NCBI GenBank assembly: GCA_023261845.1
Contig: JALNJZ010000002.1
Span: 1-64,000 of the forward strand
Length of the DNA stretch: 64,000 nucleotides
From: Candidatus Terraquivivens tengchongensis
GTDB lineage: Archaea; Thermoproteota; Nitrososphaeria_A; Caldarchaeales; Wolframiiraptoraceae
Direction of reading: 5' to 3'
The notes beneath the pieces are model-generated. The model saw only the letters and a list, made by a program, of their open reading frames with translations. It did no database searches and was not told where the DNA came from. The first letter of the stretch is position 1. Each line of letters starts with the position of its first letter. Position numbers and translations under genes: made by a program. This document shows, piece by piece, positions 49,680 through 60,976 of this stretch.

Positions 49680-50756
49680 TTAGCGCACAGATATGGCAAT
49701 ATCCAACGCGACCACGACCTTCCTCGGAGCTACTTCCTTCAGTTCTTTAGCCCAGAAGAATTTGGCATCGAAGCCTAACGAACGTATGATTGAACTGACG
49801 TTAACCTTGACAGCCTCTACTGCATCATCATCTTCTGTAGCACCATAGAAATGTATAACTGCACCAGATGGTTTAGCAATCTTTGTCGCCACATCAAGAT
49901 ATTTCTCCGCGGAAAACGGGAGGTTCATTATTAATCTGTCGGCCTTTCCTTCCAAAATCCCATAGTTGTGCCTAACATCTCCGAATATCGCCGTGACTCT
50001 ATCTTCGACTTTGTTCAATCTGATATTTTCTTCAAGGAACTTATAGGCTGCAGGATTTATCTCGAAAGCGTAGACTTTACAACTGGGTTGCATCTTAGCA
50101 ATCGTTATTGAAAAGGGGCCAACACCTGCAAACATATCCGCCACATATTCATTAGGCCTAACTTGAGACGCTACCCTCAACCTTTCGCCAGAAAGTCTTG
50201 GTGTGAAGAACACCTCCTTTACATCGAGTCTGTATCTACATCCATGCTCTCTATGTTCTGTTAGCGTTTTTCCGGAACCAGCTATAACATCATACTGTCT
50301 AATCCTGTATTCTCCGGTGGATGGGCCTGCCTTTAATAGTACGGTATCAACATGCTTATGGACGAGTTTCAGCGCGGATGCGATATCCTTAGCAAACGGT
50401 CTTAACCTTTCGTCCAGCTCTATGATCGCTACGTTGCCTATAATGTCAAAAGATCTCGGAAGAAGGCCTATGAGTTTCTCATCTAAAACACCCATCATGG
50501 CCTCTTTCAGAGTCTTCGGCTTAGTTGTTAGTTTGTTGAAATTAGCTTCTTGGATTATCGCATTGCCCATTATCAGCTCCGGCAGTTCGTCAGGATTCGG
50601 TGACCTATTTACTGGAAAGTAAACGTATTCGTCATCTGAAAATACTTTCATGGATGTTCTTAGAATTCCAAGGGATAAAAGTCTACGCCTGACTTCCTCA
50701 GCCTTATGCTTCTTAACAGCGACGGCCAACGAAGTTTCGCTCATCGAAGCACCCAT
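49680..50756 (-). CDS. trm5: tRNA m1G37 methyltransferase Trm5 (Met-10+ family)
   Basis: FDIIG, EHGCRY..D, DMFAGVGPF, MNLP. Confidence 0.88.
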   Translation of the reverse strand: MGASMSETSLAVAVKKHKAEEVRRRLLSLGILRTSMKVFSDDEYVYFPVNRSPNPDELPELIMGNAIIQEANFNKLTTKPKTLKEAMMGVLDEKLIGLLPRSFDIIGNVAIIELDERLRPFAKDIASALKLVHKHVDTVLLKAGPSTGEYRIRQYDVIAGSGKTLTEHREHGCRYRLDVKEVFFTPRLSGERLRVASQVRPNEYVADMFAGVGPFSITIAKMQPSCKVYAFEINPAAYKFLEENIRLNKVEDRVTAIFGDVRHNYGILEGKADRLIMNLPFSAEKYLDVATKIAKPSGAVIHFYGATEDDDAVEAVKVNVSSIIRSLGFDAKFFWAKELKEVAPRKVVVALDIAISVR

Positions 50757-50935
50757 GATCTTCTTAACCTTTAGCTTTTATGCCGTACTCCGTATTCAGT
50801 TTTTGAGCTGGATTAGATCGAGTAGTTTTGTAAAAAACTTAGAAATGATGAAGAAAATCACGTGTTTAAACTTAAAATTATGCAGTAATCGGAAATTTTT
50901 GAGACATCAAGAACGTTACAAAACAATAAAAGCTA

Positions 50936-52231
50936 TTATATTAAAAATTTACCTTTTACGACGCCGGCTTTACTTCGTTCCTGTTCAGTAAGTTTGAATA
51001 CTTTCCTGAGCATATCCTCATATGTCCTGGATAGTTGAACGTTCCTGCGGCGCATCATCCTCCGAGCAGTCTCTATCGCCGATTCGAGGTAGATTTCAGT
51101 CGGCTTGGCGCCTAATGTCTTAGCATAAGCTGTGAAGGATGGGACGTCCTCCGATACTATGCCGTATAAGTGGCTGGAAACTCCTATCTTCTTTCCACTG
51201 AATATGTACGTACCAATGGCGGTTTTCACATGATCTCCGACGAATGTACCAACGAATATGTTACCAGTGTCATGTGTTCTTCCTCCAACGTCCATTTTTA
51301 TTGTCCCGTATGTGTTCTTTAGGTCCGAGTTGCTTGTCCCAGCACCGAGATTTACCCACTCGCCTATGTAAGAGTGGCCTATAAAACCGTAATGTCTCTT
51401 GTTAGAGTATCCATGAAATATTGACCCCTCGACCTCGCCGCCTATCCTGCAGACGTTGCCTATACTACAACCTTCTCTGATTTGTCCTCCGAATATTATG
51501 CAGTTCCTACCTATGTATACAGGGCCGGATATTCGTGTAGGTGATTGAATATAGGTATTCTCGCCGATGTATATTGGTCCATTCCTTGTGTCAAGAATCG
51601 TTCCGGCCTCAAGGAAAGCATCTTCAGCCACAAACACGCTCTCCTTACTTCCGTATACCGTTACAGAAGGGTCCAGCCTATCTTTCAGCTCCTTATCTTT
51701 GATTTCCTTAAGCTCAGCTGCAATTAGCTTGGGGTTGAGCTCTATCAGCTCCCATGGATATTCTAAAAGGGTGATTTTGTCAGCGTTTAATTTTTCCGGC
51801 ACGAGCCTCAGAATAATCTCTGTCAAGTTCTCAACTGAGCTCATTGCTGTTTGGATTTCTGGTCGTTCAAAAAAATCACGTTTAACATGGGCCGCCACAA
51901 CCCTTCCCTTTTGTACGATAACCATACCCGTTTTTGAAAGCTTTTGTAAAACACTATTCAAGTACCCGTTCGTTATGACCGAACCATTAACCAGAAGAAC
52001 GCTATCATCTACTGCTGAAAAATCGTTTACATAACTGTTTGGTAACCTCTCCTTCAGAACATCCTCAAGATAATCTCTACAAAAAAAGACTGCTTCCCCA
52101 GAGTTCGCAACGTTCTTGAGTGTCTTTTCTCTAATAGTTGATGTGCCGATCATTAACTCGTATATAGGTCTCGTTAATGTTAAGGGAAAGAAATTCCGAT
52201 ATGCTTCATCTTCAAATATGGCTATACGCAA
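50936..52231 (-). CDS. GlmU-like sugar nucleotidyl/acyltransferase
   Basis: PLTLTRP, hexapeptide repeats, SNKRHYGFIGHSYIGEWVNLGAGT. Confidence 0.82.
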   Translation of the reverse strand: MRIAIFEDEAYRNFFPLTLTRPIYELMIGTSTIREKTLKNVANSGEAVFFCRDYLEDVLKERLPNSYVNDFSAVDDSVLLVNGSVITNGYLNSVLQKLSKTGMVIVQKGRVVAAHVKRDFFERPEIQTAMSSVENLTEIILRLVPEKLNADKITLLEYPWELIELNPKLIAAELKEIKDKELKDRLDPSVTVYGSKESVFVAEDAFLEAGTILDTRNGPIYIGENTYIQSPTRISGPVYIGRNCIIFGGQIREGCSIGNVCRIGGEVEGSIFHGYSNKRHYGFIGHSYIGEWVNLGAGTSNSDLKNTYGTIKMDVGGRTHDTGNIFVGTFVGDHVKTAIGTYIFSGKKIGVSSHLYGIVSEDVPSFTAYAKTLGAKPTEIYLESAIETARRMMRRRNVQLSRTYEDMLRKVFKLTEQERSKAGVVKGKFLI

Positions 52232-52458
52232 CTTCCACCACCTTTATCCTAAACGATGCATATTATTGATACATTAATGACCGATAAAAGGATTGAAGTT
52301 ACTTGTAGGAACGTGTTTATTAAAGGTCTGAGTAAAATTGAAATATATTTTTATCAGGTATTGATACAGTAATAAAGCAGGGCTCATGAAGTTACAAAAA
52401 AGAGTGCATAAGCTTACACTAACAGGTGCTTTATTAAAAAAGGCTCTGCAGGTGATCA

Positions 52459-53856
52459 TTGTTGAGAGTTTGTCTTATTTCTCCACCCTATGCGTCAGCT
52501 GTCAAGTCTGTCGTTGGTATTAGTTCTCCACCATTAGGGCTTGCTTACTTGGCTTCTATGATTAAGGATGAGCATGAGGTTAAGATCATTGATTCAAATG
52601 TTCTTAACTACGGTTTTGAGGATATTAAAAAAGAGCTGAAAAATTTTGGTCCAGATATTGTTGGTATAACTTCCACGACGCCGTCAATTTACGAAGCCTA
52701 CAAGGTTGCTGATATTGCTAAAAAAGTGAATGAGAATTGTATCGTTGTAATAGGCGGCCCACACGTAACTTTTCTCCCAGAGGAAGTCCTTATGGAATGC
52801 AAAAGCATCGACATAGTTGTTTTAGGCGAGGGAGAAGAAACCTTCCGAGAACTTGTTAATGCAGTAGAGCGCGGGCTTCCGTTAGAAGATGTAAAAGGCA
52901 TAACGTTTAGAAAGCATGAGAAAATAGTTGTCACGAAGCCAAGGCCCCCTATCAAAGATTTGGATGAAATCCCTTTTCCAAGTTTAGACATCCTGCCTGT
53001 GGAGAAGTACGAACTCCAAGGAGTCAAATATATGCCGATAATGAGTAGCAGGGGTTGCCCGTTTAGATGTTATTTTTGCGCATCATCACGCATCTTTGGA
53101 GGATGCTGGCGTTGCAGAAGTCCTAAATTGTGGATGATACCTTTACATTAAGTGAAAGAAGAGTCGAAGAATGTAGTAGAAGAGATTGAACTCATACACG
53201 ACAAATTCGGAATAAGAAATATCGAGTAAATTTGCAAGGAAATCTTAAAGGAGCGCCTCGATATTTCTTGGGGTGCCTCTTCAAGGGTTGATTCCATTAA
53301 CAGAGAATTGGCTGAGAAAATGAGAAAAGCCGGATGCTGGATAGTATACTTAGGGATAGAGTCGGCGTCCCAAGAAATTCTGAACAAAACGGGTAAAAGA
53401 ATAACTGTAGACCAAGTTATAAAGGCTGTTAAGACGTTGAAGGAGGCGGGCATAAAAGTTTTGGGGTCATTCATATTAGGCTTTCCTGAAGAAACCGTCA
53501 AAACAGCTGAACAGACGATAGCTTTAGCTAAAAAACTTGATTTGGACTATGCATAGTTCTCGATCTTAACGCCTTATCCGGGAACATCTCTCTATGAGTA
53601 TGCAAAGAAGAACGACATGCTACTTACAAGAGATTGGTCCAAATTTAATGCCATAGAGCCAGTAATGAAGTTGAAGAACATAACTCCAGGACAACTTCGA
53701 TCCCTACTTGAGAAGGCCTATCTAACATTCTATATGAGACCAAAAATATTTTGGAGATTTATTAAGCAGAAACAGTTCCACATTATAAAACGCACAATCA
53801 AGACTGTGATAAAATACCTAAGAACTTACGTATTATCCCTCCAATCATTGTCTTAA
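52459..53856 (+). pseudogene. B12-binding radical SAM protein, disrupted by an internal block swap and a nonsense codon
   Basis: PPLGLAYLA, GGPH, SRGCPFRCYFC; blocks 53128-53169 and 53170-53227 swapped; TAG at 53554-53556 in DYA*FS. Confidence 0.88.
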
Positions 53857-53933
53857 GCATACTTACTAACTCCGAAATGCCGGTTAAGACATTATTGCAG
53901 AAAGTTCTCTCTACAACACTACAAACTGAAAAG

Positions 53934-54011
53934 TGGCGGGCCCGCTGGGATTCGAACCCAGGCATACTGGCTCCGGAGGCCAGCGCCCTATCCTTGCTAG
54001 GCTACGGGCCC
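53934..54011 (-). tRNA. tRNA-Arg(CCG) with encoded CCA
   Basis: GGGCCCG acceptor, CTGGC-CT-CCG-GA-GCCAG, GGTTCGAATCC. Confidence 0.95.
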
Positions 54012-54119
54012 ATTGAATAATACATCGGCCCGTGCATGTATATTTTATGGTGACAAACATGATTTCCGAAGATTTTTGGTTTAAAAGTTTAAAATTATGC
54101 CGTACGACACCTTAAACCG

Positions 54120-55016
54120 TTGGGTGAATTTATGATAATAGACGTGCATTCCCATGTAGGTGAGTTTCCTAATCAGTGGAGTCGAGAATGGTTCGATTCA
54201 TATGCGCATCTTGTGGGTGACCCTCTGAAGTCAGTTTTACAATATTTCCCTATCGAGGAGAAAATTTTAGCGGATATGGATGAGGCGGGCGTTAATATAT
54301 CTGTTGTCATGGGGTTTGTGCATTACTCGACATCAACACTTGTGCCCGACGAGCACGTTTACAATTTTGTTAAGAAAAATCCGGATAGGCTCATAGGCTT
54401 TTCTTGTGTGCAACCAGTGGACAGCAGGAACGAGTTTAACGCAAAGGGCCTCTTGGAATTTGAGAAAGCCGTTACCGAATATGGGTTCAGGGGGTTAAAG
54501 CTCCTACCAGTTTACAACTTCTTCTTCCCTAACGACAGAAGGGTGTATCCTTTTTACGAGAAAGCGCTGGAGCTGGATGTTCCTGTGATGTTTCATTCGG
54601 CAGCAGTCGGGAGTACCGCGGCGCGCATGAAATACGGTCACCCTATATACTTAGAAGATGTTGTGATGGATTTTCCCAAGTTAAAGATATGCATATCTCA
54701 TATGGCATTCCCGTGGACGGAAGAGGCGTTGCTGTTAGTGCGAAAGGCGCCAAACATGTACATGGATATAAGCGCAGTAGTTAGACCAACGATCCTTGCA
54801 TGGAACCTTGTTAAAGCAAAGGAATATGGCGTTATGCATAAGTTAATGTTCGGTAGCGATTATCCCCTCTTCGGTCCTCGGAAGAACCTAGTGGAGCTCA
54901 TTAGAAACAAAGTAAATCAGATCGCGGAAAGAGCAGGATGGCCAACGCTAACCAATGAGGAAATCGAAGGAATATTGTGGAAAAACGCCGCAAGGTTCTT
55001 GGAGCTGAAATTATAA
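54120..55016 (+). CDS. Amidohydrolase_2 family metal-dependent hydrolase
   Basis: IDVHSH, GLKL, MFH, SH, FGSDYP. Confidence 0.85.
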   Translation: MGEFMIIDVHSHVGEFPNQWSREWFDSYAHLVGDPLKSVLQYFPIEEKILADMDEAGVNISVVMGFVHYSTSTLVPDEHVYNFVKKNPDRLIGFSCVQPVDSRNEFNAKGLLEFEKAVTEYGFRGLKLLPVYNFFFPNDRRVYPFYEKALELDVPVMFHSAAVGSTAARMKYGHPIYLEDVVMDFPKLKICISHMAFPWTEEALLLVRKAPNMYMDISAVVRPTILAWNLVKAKEYGVMHKLMFGSDYPLFGPRKNLVELIRNKVNQIAERAGWPTLTNEEIEGILWKNAARFLELKL

Positions 55017-55019
55017 CTT

Positions 55020-56312
55020 TCAGAAAAAATCTTCTAGTCTTTTGCTGATATGCTTTCGTTCCTCCATCTTTTCTTCTGTACCGAAAATTATCCGACCGTA
55101 TACACCGTCAAACCCTGGAATTATCTTGATTTTGTTTTGCCTTACGGCCATAATGAGATTTACTAGCTGAGGTGTCATTGCATTCCTAAGCTCCTCTTCC
55201 GATACTTCGAACATTATTCTGAACTCATCGCCTAAGGCGGATATTATCCTGGCATACTCTTTCCAGATTTTACCGGACATGAGCTTATGTTCAGATTCTA
55301 AGCTCACACCTTCTGAGACAGCTATGAGTTCTTGAAGGGGTATGGCATATTTGAAGCCTATGGAGCCTTCTGGGATATAATTTGGGGGCCTGTCCGCGAG
55401 TTCGTTAACCCTATCATCAACACCTTTCGTTAATTTTTTACCACAAACGCTACACTTGTATCCTATACTCTTAGCCTCTTCCGGCGATAGAGGACCGACG
55501 TTACAATTCCTGTGTCCTGACCAATGATACTTGCCATAGGCTGGCGGAACCTCTACCGTCATGATTATCCTATTCCTGTCCTTCTTTCTGATAGCATCCG
55601 TAACTTCTTCATAAGTAAGCCTGTCTAATTCGAATGCAACAGCCTCTCTTCCAAGCCTAAATGGATAAGGACTATGTGCGTCGCTAGCGCTTACTAACGT
55701 GAGCCTATCCAAGCTGCTAACCCTCCAGTTCATGGGGGGGTCGCTGCTAAGCCCAGTTTCTAAAGCGTGAATGTCCTTAACCCTATCTTCATAAGCTTCC
55801 TCTAAAGAATCCACACCGCTGAAGCTTCCGAATACTGACCACCATGGTGTCCAAGCATGTGCTGGAAATATCAAGCATCTCTTTTCGGTTTCTAGGATTA
55901 TGTCAACGAGTTCCGCAGGGGTTATTGTGAGGACAGGCCTACCGTCGGATGCCAAGTCGCCGTAAGTTGAAAGCCTGTCCGCAAGCTGCACGGATACATC
56001 TTTCGATGGCATGAGGATGACATGATGTATTCTCCTAAACTTTTCTCTGTACTGGTGTACGGTAGCTACCTCGGTCTGGAAGATGAAGTATGCGGAACTT
56101 TCGGAGGATTTTACCCTATAAATTCCCGTATCATCTATCTCCTCTAGGCGTTCGTTCAGCTCCTTGAACCATCCTGGATGAAGGGCGTCGCCCGTTCCCA
56201 GTAACCCTAGACCTTTTATCGCAGCATATCGTGTAATCTCTTCCAAGTTCATGTTCCTTGAGGTTGCACCGGAGTAATGGCTGTGAATGTGCAAGTCAGC
56301 ATATATTCTCAA
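55020..56312 (-). CDS. Endonuclease Q family (PHP domain)
   Basis: DLHIHSHYS, GTGD..HP, PAHAWTPW, ETGLSSD, SDAHS, GKYH, C..C. Confidence 0.88.
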   Translation of the reverse strand: MRIYADLHIHSHYSGATSRNMNLEEITRYAAIKGLGLLGTGDALHPGWFKELNERLEEIDDTGIYRVKSSESSAYFIFQTEVATVHQYREKFRRIHHVILMPSKDVSVQLADRLSTYGDLASDGRPVLTITPAELVDIILETEKRCLIFPAHAWTPWWSVFGSFSGVDSLEEAYEDRVKDIHALETGLSSDPPMNWRVSSLDRLTLVSASDAHSPYPFRLGREAVAFELDRLTYEEVTDAIRKKDRNRIIMTVEVPPAYGKYHWSGHRNCNVGPLSPEEAKSIGYKCSVCGKKLTKGVDDRVNELADRPPNYIPEGSIGFKYAIPLQELIAVSEGVSLESEHKLMSGKIWKEYARIISALGDEFRIMFEVSEEELRNAMTPQLVNLIMAVRQNKIKIIPGFDGVYGRIIFGTEEKMEERKHISKRLEDFF

Positions 56313-56346
56313 GCTCTGCCCTTCTCCGACCCGCGGGCTCCGCCCA

Positions 56347-56946
56347 TTATATCTCCCATTTCCATCTTATCATTTCTGTCGCTTTGTGCGGAAGCTTGAA
56401 TATCATAGATGGGTCTATGTTCCTCCATTCAAGTATTTCTTCGAATAAACTAGACGATTCGATTTTTACGCCCATGCTAAGTAACTCAGCCAGAATATCC
56501 GTCATTATGGATTCAACTTCTTCTTTTGACCTAACCCTCTTAAAGCTACCATCAGCTATCATACCAAATATTGCTTTGAATTCCAGCTTACCATCTTCGA
56601 GTATGCGTTTTGTGTGTTTGGTTGCACCATATCTTGTGGCCAGGTGTTCGAGGGTTTTTAAAACCTCATTAAGTTTTTCGCCAATAGAAAGTGTAAGGGA
56701 AATTCCAAATGTTTTTTCATAAACGATAAAATATCCCAAATAAATCTGAAGCGCTCCTTCGAAATCGGGCCTAAACCTACTCATTCCTAACATCACGAAT
56801 TCTTGTCCTTCCTTTAGAAGGAACCTTTGAAGCAACTCAGCAGGAATTGTTATCGCTAAACTGTTTCCGCTTCGCCTTATCATGCCCCTAAAAACCACAC
56901 TATCCTCAATCCATTCGGGCGCGTCCTTCTTTTGAGCTTGCGACAT
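56347..56946 (-). CDS. AbrB/SpoVT-like domain protein with unknown C-terminal domain
   Basis: IRRSGNSLAITIPAELLQRFLLKEGQE swapped-hairpin pattern. Confidence 0.65.
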   Translation of the reverse strand: MSQAQKKDAPEWIEDSVVFRGMIRRSGNSLAITIPAELLQRFLLKEGQEFVMLGMSRFRPDFEGALQIYLGYFIVYEKTFGISLTLSIGEKLNEVLKTLEHLATRYGATKHTKRILEDGKLEFKAIFGMIADGSFKRVRSKEEVESIMTDILAELLSMGVKIESSSLFEEILEWRNIDPSMIFKLPHKATEMIRWKWEI

Positions 56947-57140
56947 CTTTACCCAGTATTTAGTACATACGTAATGCTTTAAGTATATCTGCGTAGTATT
57001 CTGGTCCGATTCGTTTTTCTTGGAATTGGGGGGACTTATGCCTTAAAAGTGCCTGGGGCACGCTTAACTTACACGAAAACAACCCAACCATTTATATTAA
57101 TGCACCTAACCTTAATCTGAATATGCGGGGGCACTAAACA

Positions 57141-58049
57141 GTGGAAGAAGACGTAATGTGGCTCCTTAGGCACAAAAATAGGCGCAGGATAATCTTGGCC
57201 ATAGGCGAGGCAGGTAAGATAGGAGCCACAGCCCTTCGTGATAAGTTAGGGATAAGCACCGGTTCACTCTACTACAACCTGCGCCAGCTAGGGGGGCTGG
57301 TCCAACAAGACCAAAAAAGAAACTATACGTTGACTCCTGAGGGGCAGAGAATTTACAAGGCCTTAATAGAGCGGATGGAGCCTGAAGAATTGTTAAGTAA
57401 AGAGCCACCCAGCAGAATAGTTTCTGTGCTTTCAAGCATATTCTTTCCAGTTAGCCTTTTCACTCCAATCTACGAGAACGTTGCGATGAGGATCTTCCTT
57501 CCTTTACTTTCAACCTCCGTTATCAGTGCCTTAATGATCTATACGAAATTTATTCCGTTCATACTCCATGTATTAGAGAGGCCACGCTTTACCGTTCTGG
57601 AATTTGGGACAAACTTTCTTCTCAGCATTCTTATTATTTATATTTACGCTTCGGTCATGAGTTGGATCGCGACAGGCAATGTGAAAACTTTTAGAGCAAC
57701 TAGTGGAAAAGGGATTTTATCCAATATAAAAGATTGGTTCAAGAACAACTACGCAGAGCATGTTAAGTTCTTATTATGTCTGCTGCTCTCACTTCTACCT
57801 CTTGCAATACTTCCAGGAATTGTAACGATAGATAGGCTTTTCAAGTTTAACATAATGCCGCCTTCAGGTACTGCTAACTATTTTATAACTAGGGATGTAC
57901 TCCTATTAGTATCGCAAGGCATAACTATCATTTTGATGACTGCAGGCATATCTTATGCTAAAAACATTAAGTGGCAGAGTGCTGCGATGGTTAGCTTCTC
58001 GCTACTTTACTTTTCATTCTTCGTAAATAAAGTTATGGGATTTGTTTGA
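57141..58049 (+). CDS. ArsR-like wHTH fused to a multi-TM domain
   Basis: HKNRRRII...LGISTGSLYYNL..L...YTLTPEG then several hydrophobic helices. Confidence 0.75.
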   Translation: MEEDVMWLLRHKNRRRIILAIGEAGKIGATALRDKLGISTGSLYYNLRQLGGLVQQDQKRNYTLTPEGQRIYKALIERMEPEELLSKEPPSRIVSVLSSIFFPVSLFTPIYENVAMRIFLPLLSTSVISALMIYTKFIPFILHVLERPRFTVLEFGTNFLLSILIIYIYASVMSWIATGNVKTFRATSGKGILSNIKDWFKNNYAEHVKFLLCLLLSLLPLAILPGIVTIDRLFKFNIMPPSGTANYFITRDVLLLVSQGITIILMTAGISYAKNIKWQSAAMVSFSLLYFSFFVNKVMGFV

Positions 58050-58051
58050 TT

Positions 58052-58363
58052 TTATTTGACAGTCATTTCAACACTTACTTCATCTGGTATCTGTATCCTC
58101 ATTATCTGCCGAAGAACTCTCTGGTCGCTTATGCTCATGTCTATCAATCTTCTGTAAATCCTCATCTCGTGCTTACGCCAAGTCTTTGTTCCTTCGCCGC
58201 ATGGAGATTTCCTGACCGGAAGGACGAGTCTTTTCCTAGGCAGGGGCATAGGGCCAGAAATCTTCGTACCCGTCTTGTCTGCTATGTCTTTTATCTCCTT
58301 ACAAACCCTCTCCAGTTTTTCTAAGTCTGTGCTGGTGAGCTTAACGCGTATCATCTGAGGCAT
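58052..58363 (-). CDS. rps10: 30S ribosomal protein S10
   Basis: GPMPLP, RKSPCGEGTKTW, MRIYRRLID. Confidence 0.97.
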   Translation of the reverse strand: MPQMIRVKLTSTDLEKLERVCKEIKDIADKTGTKISGPMPLPRKRLVLPVRKSPCGEGTKTWRKHEMRIYRRLIDMSISDQRVLRQIMRIQIPDEVSVEMTVK

Positions 58364-58394
58364 CGAGGATACTGCCCCTAATCATTTTGGATTG

Positions 58395-59690
58395 TTAAGC
58401 CTTCTGTGTTATCTCTTTGACGATCCCGGCGGCTATTGTCATACCGCTATCTCTGATTGCGAACCTACCTAACTCGGGAAACTGAGAGTATGGTTCGAGT
58501 GCCGTCGGTTGTAATGGCATAAGTCTCACGAGTGCTATGTCTCCTGTCTTCAGGAACTGGGGGTTCTTTTCTACAACCTGTCCAGTCCTTGGATCCATCT
58601 TTGATATTAGCTCGACAAACTTTACGGCTACTTGTGCTGTATGTATGTGCATGACTGGCGTATAACCAGCCGCTATAGCCGTTGGGTGGTATATCACTAC
58701 TATCTGGCCGATGAACTCCTTCGCTACGCTACATGGATTGTCTGGATGGCTGACAACCATACCTCTTGCAAGTTGTGTTCTTTCTACACCCTTCAGGTTA
58801 AAGCCTATGTTATCGCCAGGAATTGCTTGTTGCAAAGGCTGGTGATGCATCTCTATGCTCTTGACTTCAGCCTTTATGTTGGGTGGCATTATGACAACGG
58901 TATCACCGGGCTTCAGAACACCTGTCTCAACCCTTCCAACAGGTACTGTTCCTACACCTTTAATGGAGTAGACTGCCTGTATCGGTATTCTCAAAGGCTT
59001 GTCGATGGGTTTTGACGGTTCCTGAAACATATCCAGAGCTTCCAGTAAAGTCGGTCCGTTGTACCATGGAAGGTTCTTGCTTCTTTCTACTAAGTTGTCA
59101 CCTAACCATCCAGAGATTGGTATGAAGTGTATCTTAGAGACGTCGTAGCCAACACGTTTTAGCAGGTCCTGTACACCTTGCTTTACCTCATTGTATCTTT
59201 CTTGGGACCAGTTGACAGTACTATCGTCCATCTTGTTGATTGCGACGACCAACTGCCTTATGCCTAGCATGAATGCTAGGAAGGCATGTTCTCTTGTCTG
59301 TCCACCAGGCGCTATTCCTACTTCGTATTCGCCCTTTTTCGCAGAAACGACTAAGATTGCGGCATCGGCTTGACTTGCTCCGGTTATCATGTTTTTTACG
59401 AAGTCCCTGTGACCGGGAGCATCAATCAGCGTGAAATAGTATTTCTTAGTCTCGAATTTTTGGAACGCAAGGTCTATCGTAAGCCCTCTTTCTCGTTCTT
59501 CTTTAATCCTGTCAAGTACCCATGCATACTTGAACGTCTCCTTTCTGAGTTTCTTCGCCTCTTCCTCATATGTCTGGATTGTTCTCTCGTCAATAGCACC
59601 TAGTTTATACAGTAAATGACCCATTGTCGTCGATTTCCCATGGTCTACATGCCCAATGACTATCAGGTTTAGGTGTGGTTTTGTGGACAT
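58395..59690 (-). CDS. tuf: Elongation factor 1-alpha
   Basis: GHVDHGKST, DAPGHRDF, NKMD, LGRFAIRD. Confidence 0.98.
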   Translation of the reverse strand: MSTKPHLNLIVIGHVDHGKSTTMGHLLYKLGAIDERTIQTYEEEAKKLRKETFKYAWVLDRIKEERERGLTIDLAFQKFETKKYYFTLIDAPGHRDFVKNMITGASQADAAILVVSAKKGEYEVGIAPGGQTREHAFLAFMLGIRQLVVAINKMDDSTVNWSQERYNEVKQGVQDLLKRVGYDVSKIHFIPISGWLGDNLVERSKNLPWYNGPTLLEALDMFQEPSKPIDKPLRIPIQAVYSIKGVGTVPVGRVETGVLKPGDTVVIMPPNIKAEVKSIEMHHQPLQQAIPGDNIGFNLKGVERTQLARGMVVSHPDNPCSVAKEFIGQIVVIYHPTAIAAGYTPVMHIHTAQVAVKFVELISKMDPRTGQVVEKNPQFLKTGDIALVRLMPLQPTALEPYSQFPELGRFAIRDSGMTIAAGIVKEITQKA

Positions 59691-59795
59691 CCTACTTCCA
59701 CCGCTTACTATTTACGTTCAACGTTTCTGGATTGGGTATATATAAGCTTGTAGGGGAACTCTTTCTAAAACTTTTTATGTTTGATGCGATGGGGC

Positions 59796-60365
59796 CTACC
59801 TTGACGCTAGGGCTATCCTTTCCAGCTCGAGCTTCTTCTTTATGGCATAACTCTTACTATCGTTTTGCGAGGCCAATATTATCTCATCCGCCAAGCATTC
59901 ATCTACGGTTTTCCTGCTCCTGAAACTAGCTTCGCGAGCGGCCGTTGTTATATATCTGAGTGCCAGGTCCAACCTTCTCTGGGGCGATATGTCAACTGCC
60001 TTAAAGTACACTATCCCTCCATAACTGAGCCTCGTCACGTCCTCCCTTGGCGCAGCATTCTCAAGCGCCCTCACCAAAACCTCAATAGGATTCGCACCAG
60101 TTCTCAGGTGTATTATTTCTAGAGCGTTGCGCACGATTTTGAGAGCTTTAGATTTTTTCCCACCATTCCTCCCGGGCCTCATGAGCATGTTTGCTAAGCG
60201 TTCAACCACACTGACGTTAGCTTTTCCAAACCTCCTGTGTTCATGTCTTCCGCCGGAATGCACCATCGGTTTAAGGCAAATATAACGTTGCAGACCGGGG
60301 TCCCTTATCTCGATGCCTTCCGTGCTCCATTTATCGAATATTTTAAATTCCACCAAGAATGTCAC
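59796..60365 (-). CDS. rps7: 30S ribosomal protein S7
   Basis: [21 protein letters not shown]. Confidence 0.97.
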   Translation of the reverse strand: MTFLVEFKIFDKWSTEGIEIRDPGLQRYICLKPMVHSGGRHEHRRFGKANVSVVERLANMLMRPGRNGGKKSKALKIVRNALEIIHLRTGANPIEVLVRALENAAPREDVTRLSYGGIVYFKAVDISPQRRLDLALRYITTAAREASFRSRKTVDECLADEIILASQNDSKSYAIKKKLELERIALASR

Positions 60366-60790
60366 CTCTTAGGTTTTTTGACTTTGCCAGTAATTAGCAG
60401 ATTAAGCGGCACACCGTTCACCAGCTCTACCTTGTATCTAACACCCGGAAGGTCACCATAGCTTTTGCCCATGGAACCGCCTATACCGCTGATTATCACC
60501 TCATCGTGTTCATCAACGACGTTTAGGGCACCATCTCCAGGTAAGAATGCCGTGACAACCTTACCATTCTTAATCAACTGAACCCTGACGGCCTTCCTGA
60601 CGGCTGAGTTGGGTTGTCTGGATTCTATCCCAATTTTCTGCAGAACTATACCGCGGGCCATGGGCGCACCCTCAAGCGGGTCGGTCTTCAGTTTAAGCTG
60701 GAGCATTCTGATGCGGTATTTTCGCTGACTCCACTTAAACTTCTTCCTGTTCTGGATTAGTTTCCTCGCTGCGAATAGCCCATTACCCAT
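60362..60790 (-). CDS. rps12: 30S ribosomal protein S12
   Basis: [18 protein letters not shown]. Confidence 0.97.
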   Translation of the reverse strand: MGNGLFAARKLIQNRKKFKWSQRKYRIRMLQLKLKTDPLEGAPMARGIVLQKIGIESRQPNSAVRKAVRVQLIKNGKVVTAFLPGDGALNVVDEHDEVIISGIGGSMGKSYGDLPGVRYKVELVNGVPLNLLITGKVKKPKR

Positions 60791-60976
60791 GGCCCATCCT
60801 CGGCTAGAAATGGGGATCTGGCAAGCGACTTAAAAACTCTTCTCTTTTCTCAGACCTTGTTAAGTGCTAAATTAATTTTGGCCGCTTCTATCTCAGATAT
60901 AGGCACGCATATTCTTAAATGCATTAAGAAAAACATTTATTAAAAGGTAACGCTGTTAAAAGAGGAGAGAAGAAGT

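Noticed and set aside
59691-59795. No EF-2 gene between rps7 and EF-1alpha
   Set aside because: Known arrangement in many TACK archaea; not novel
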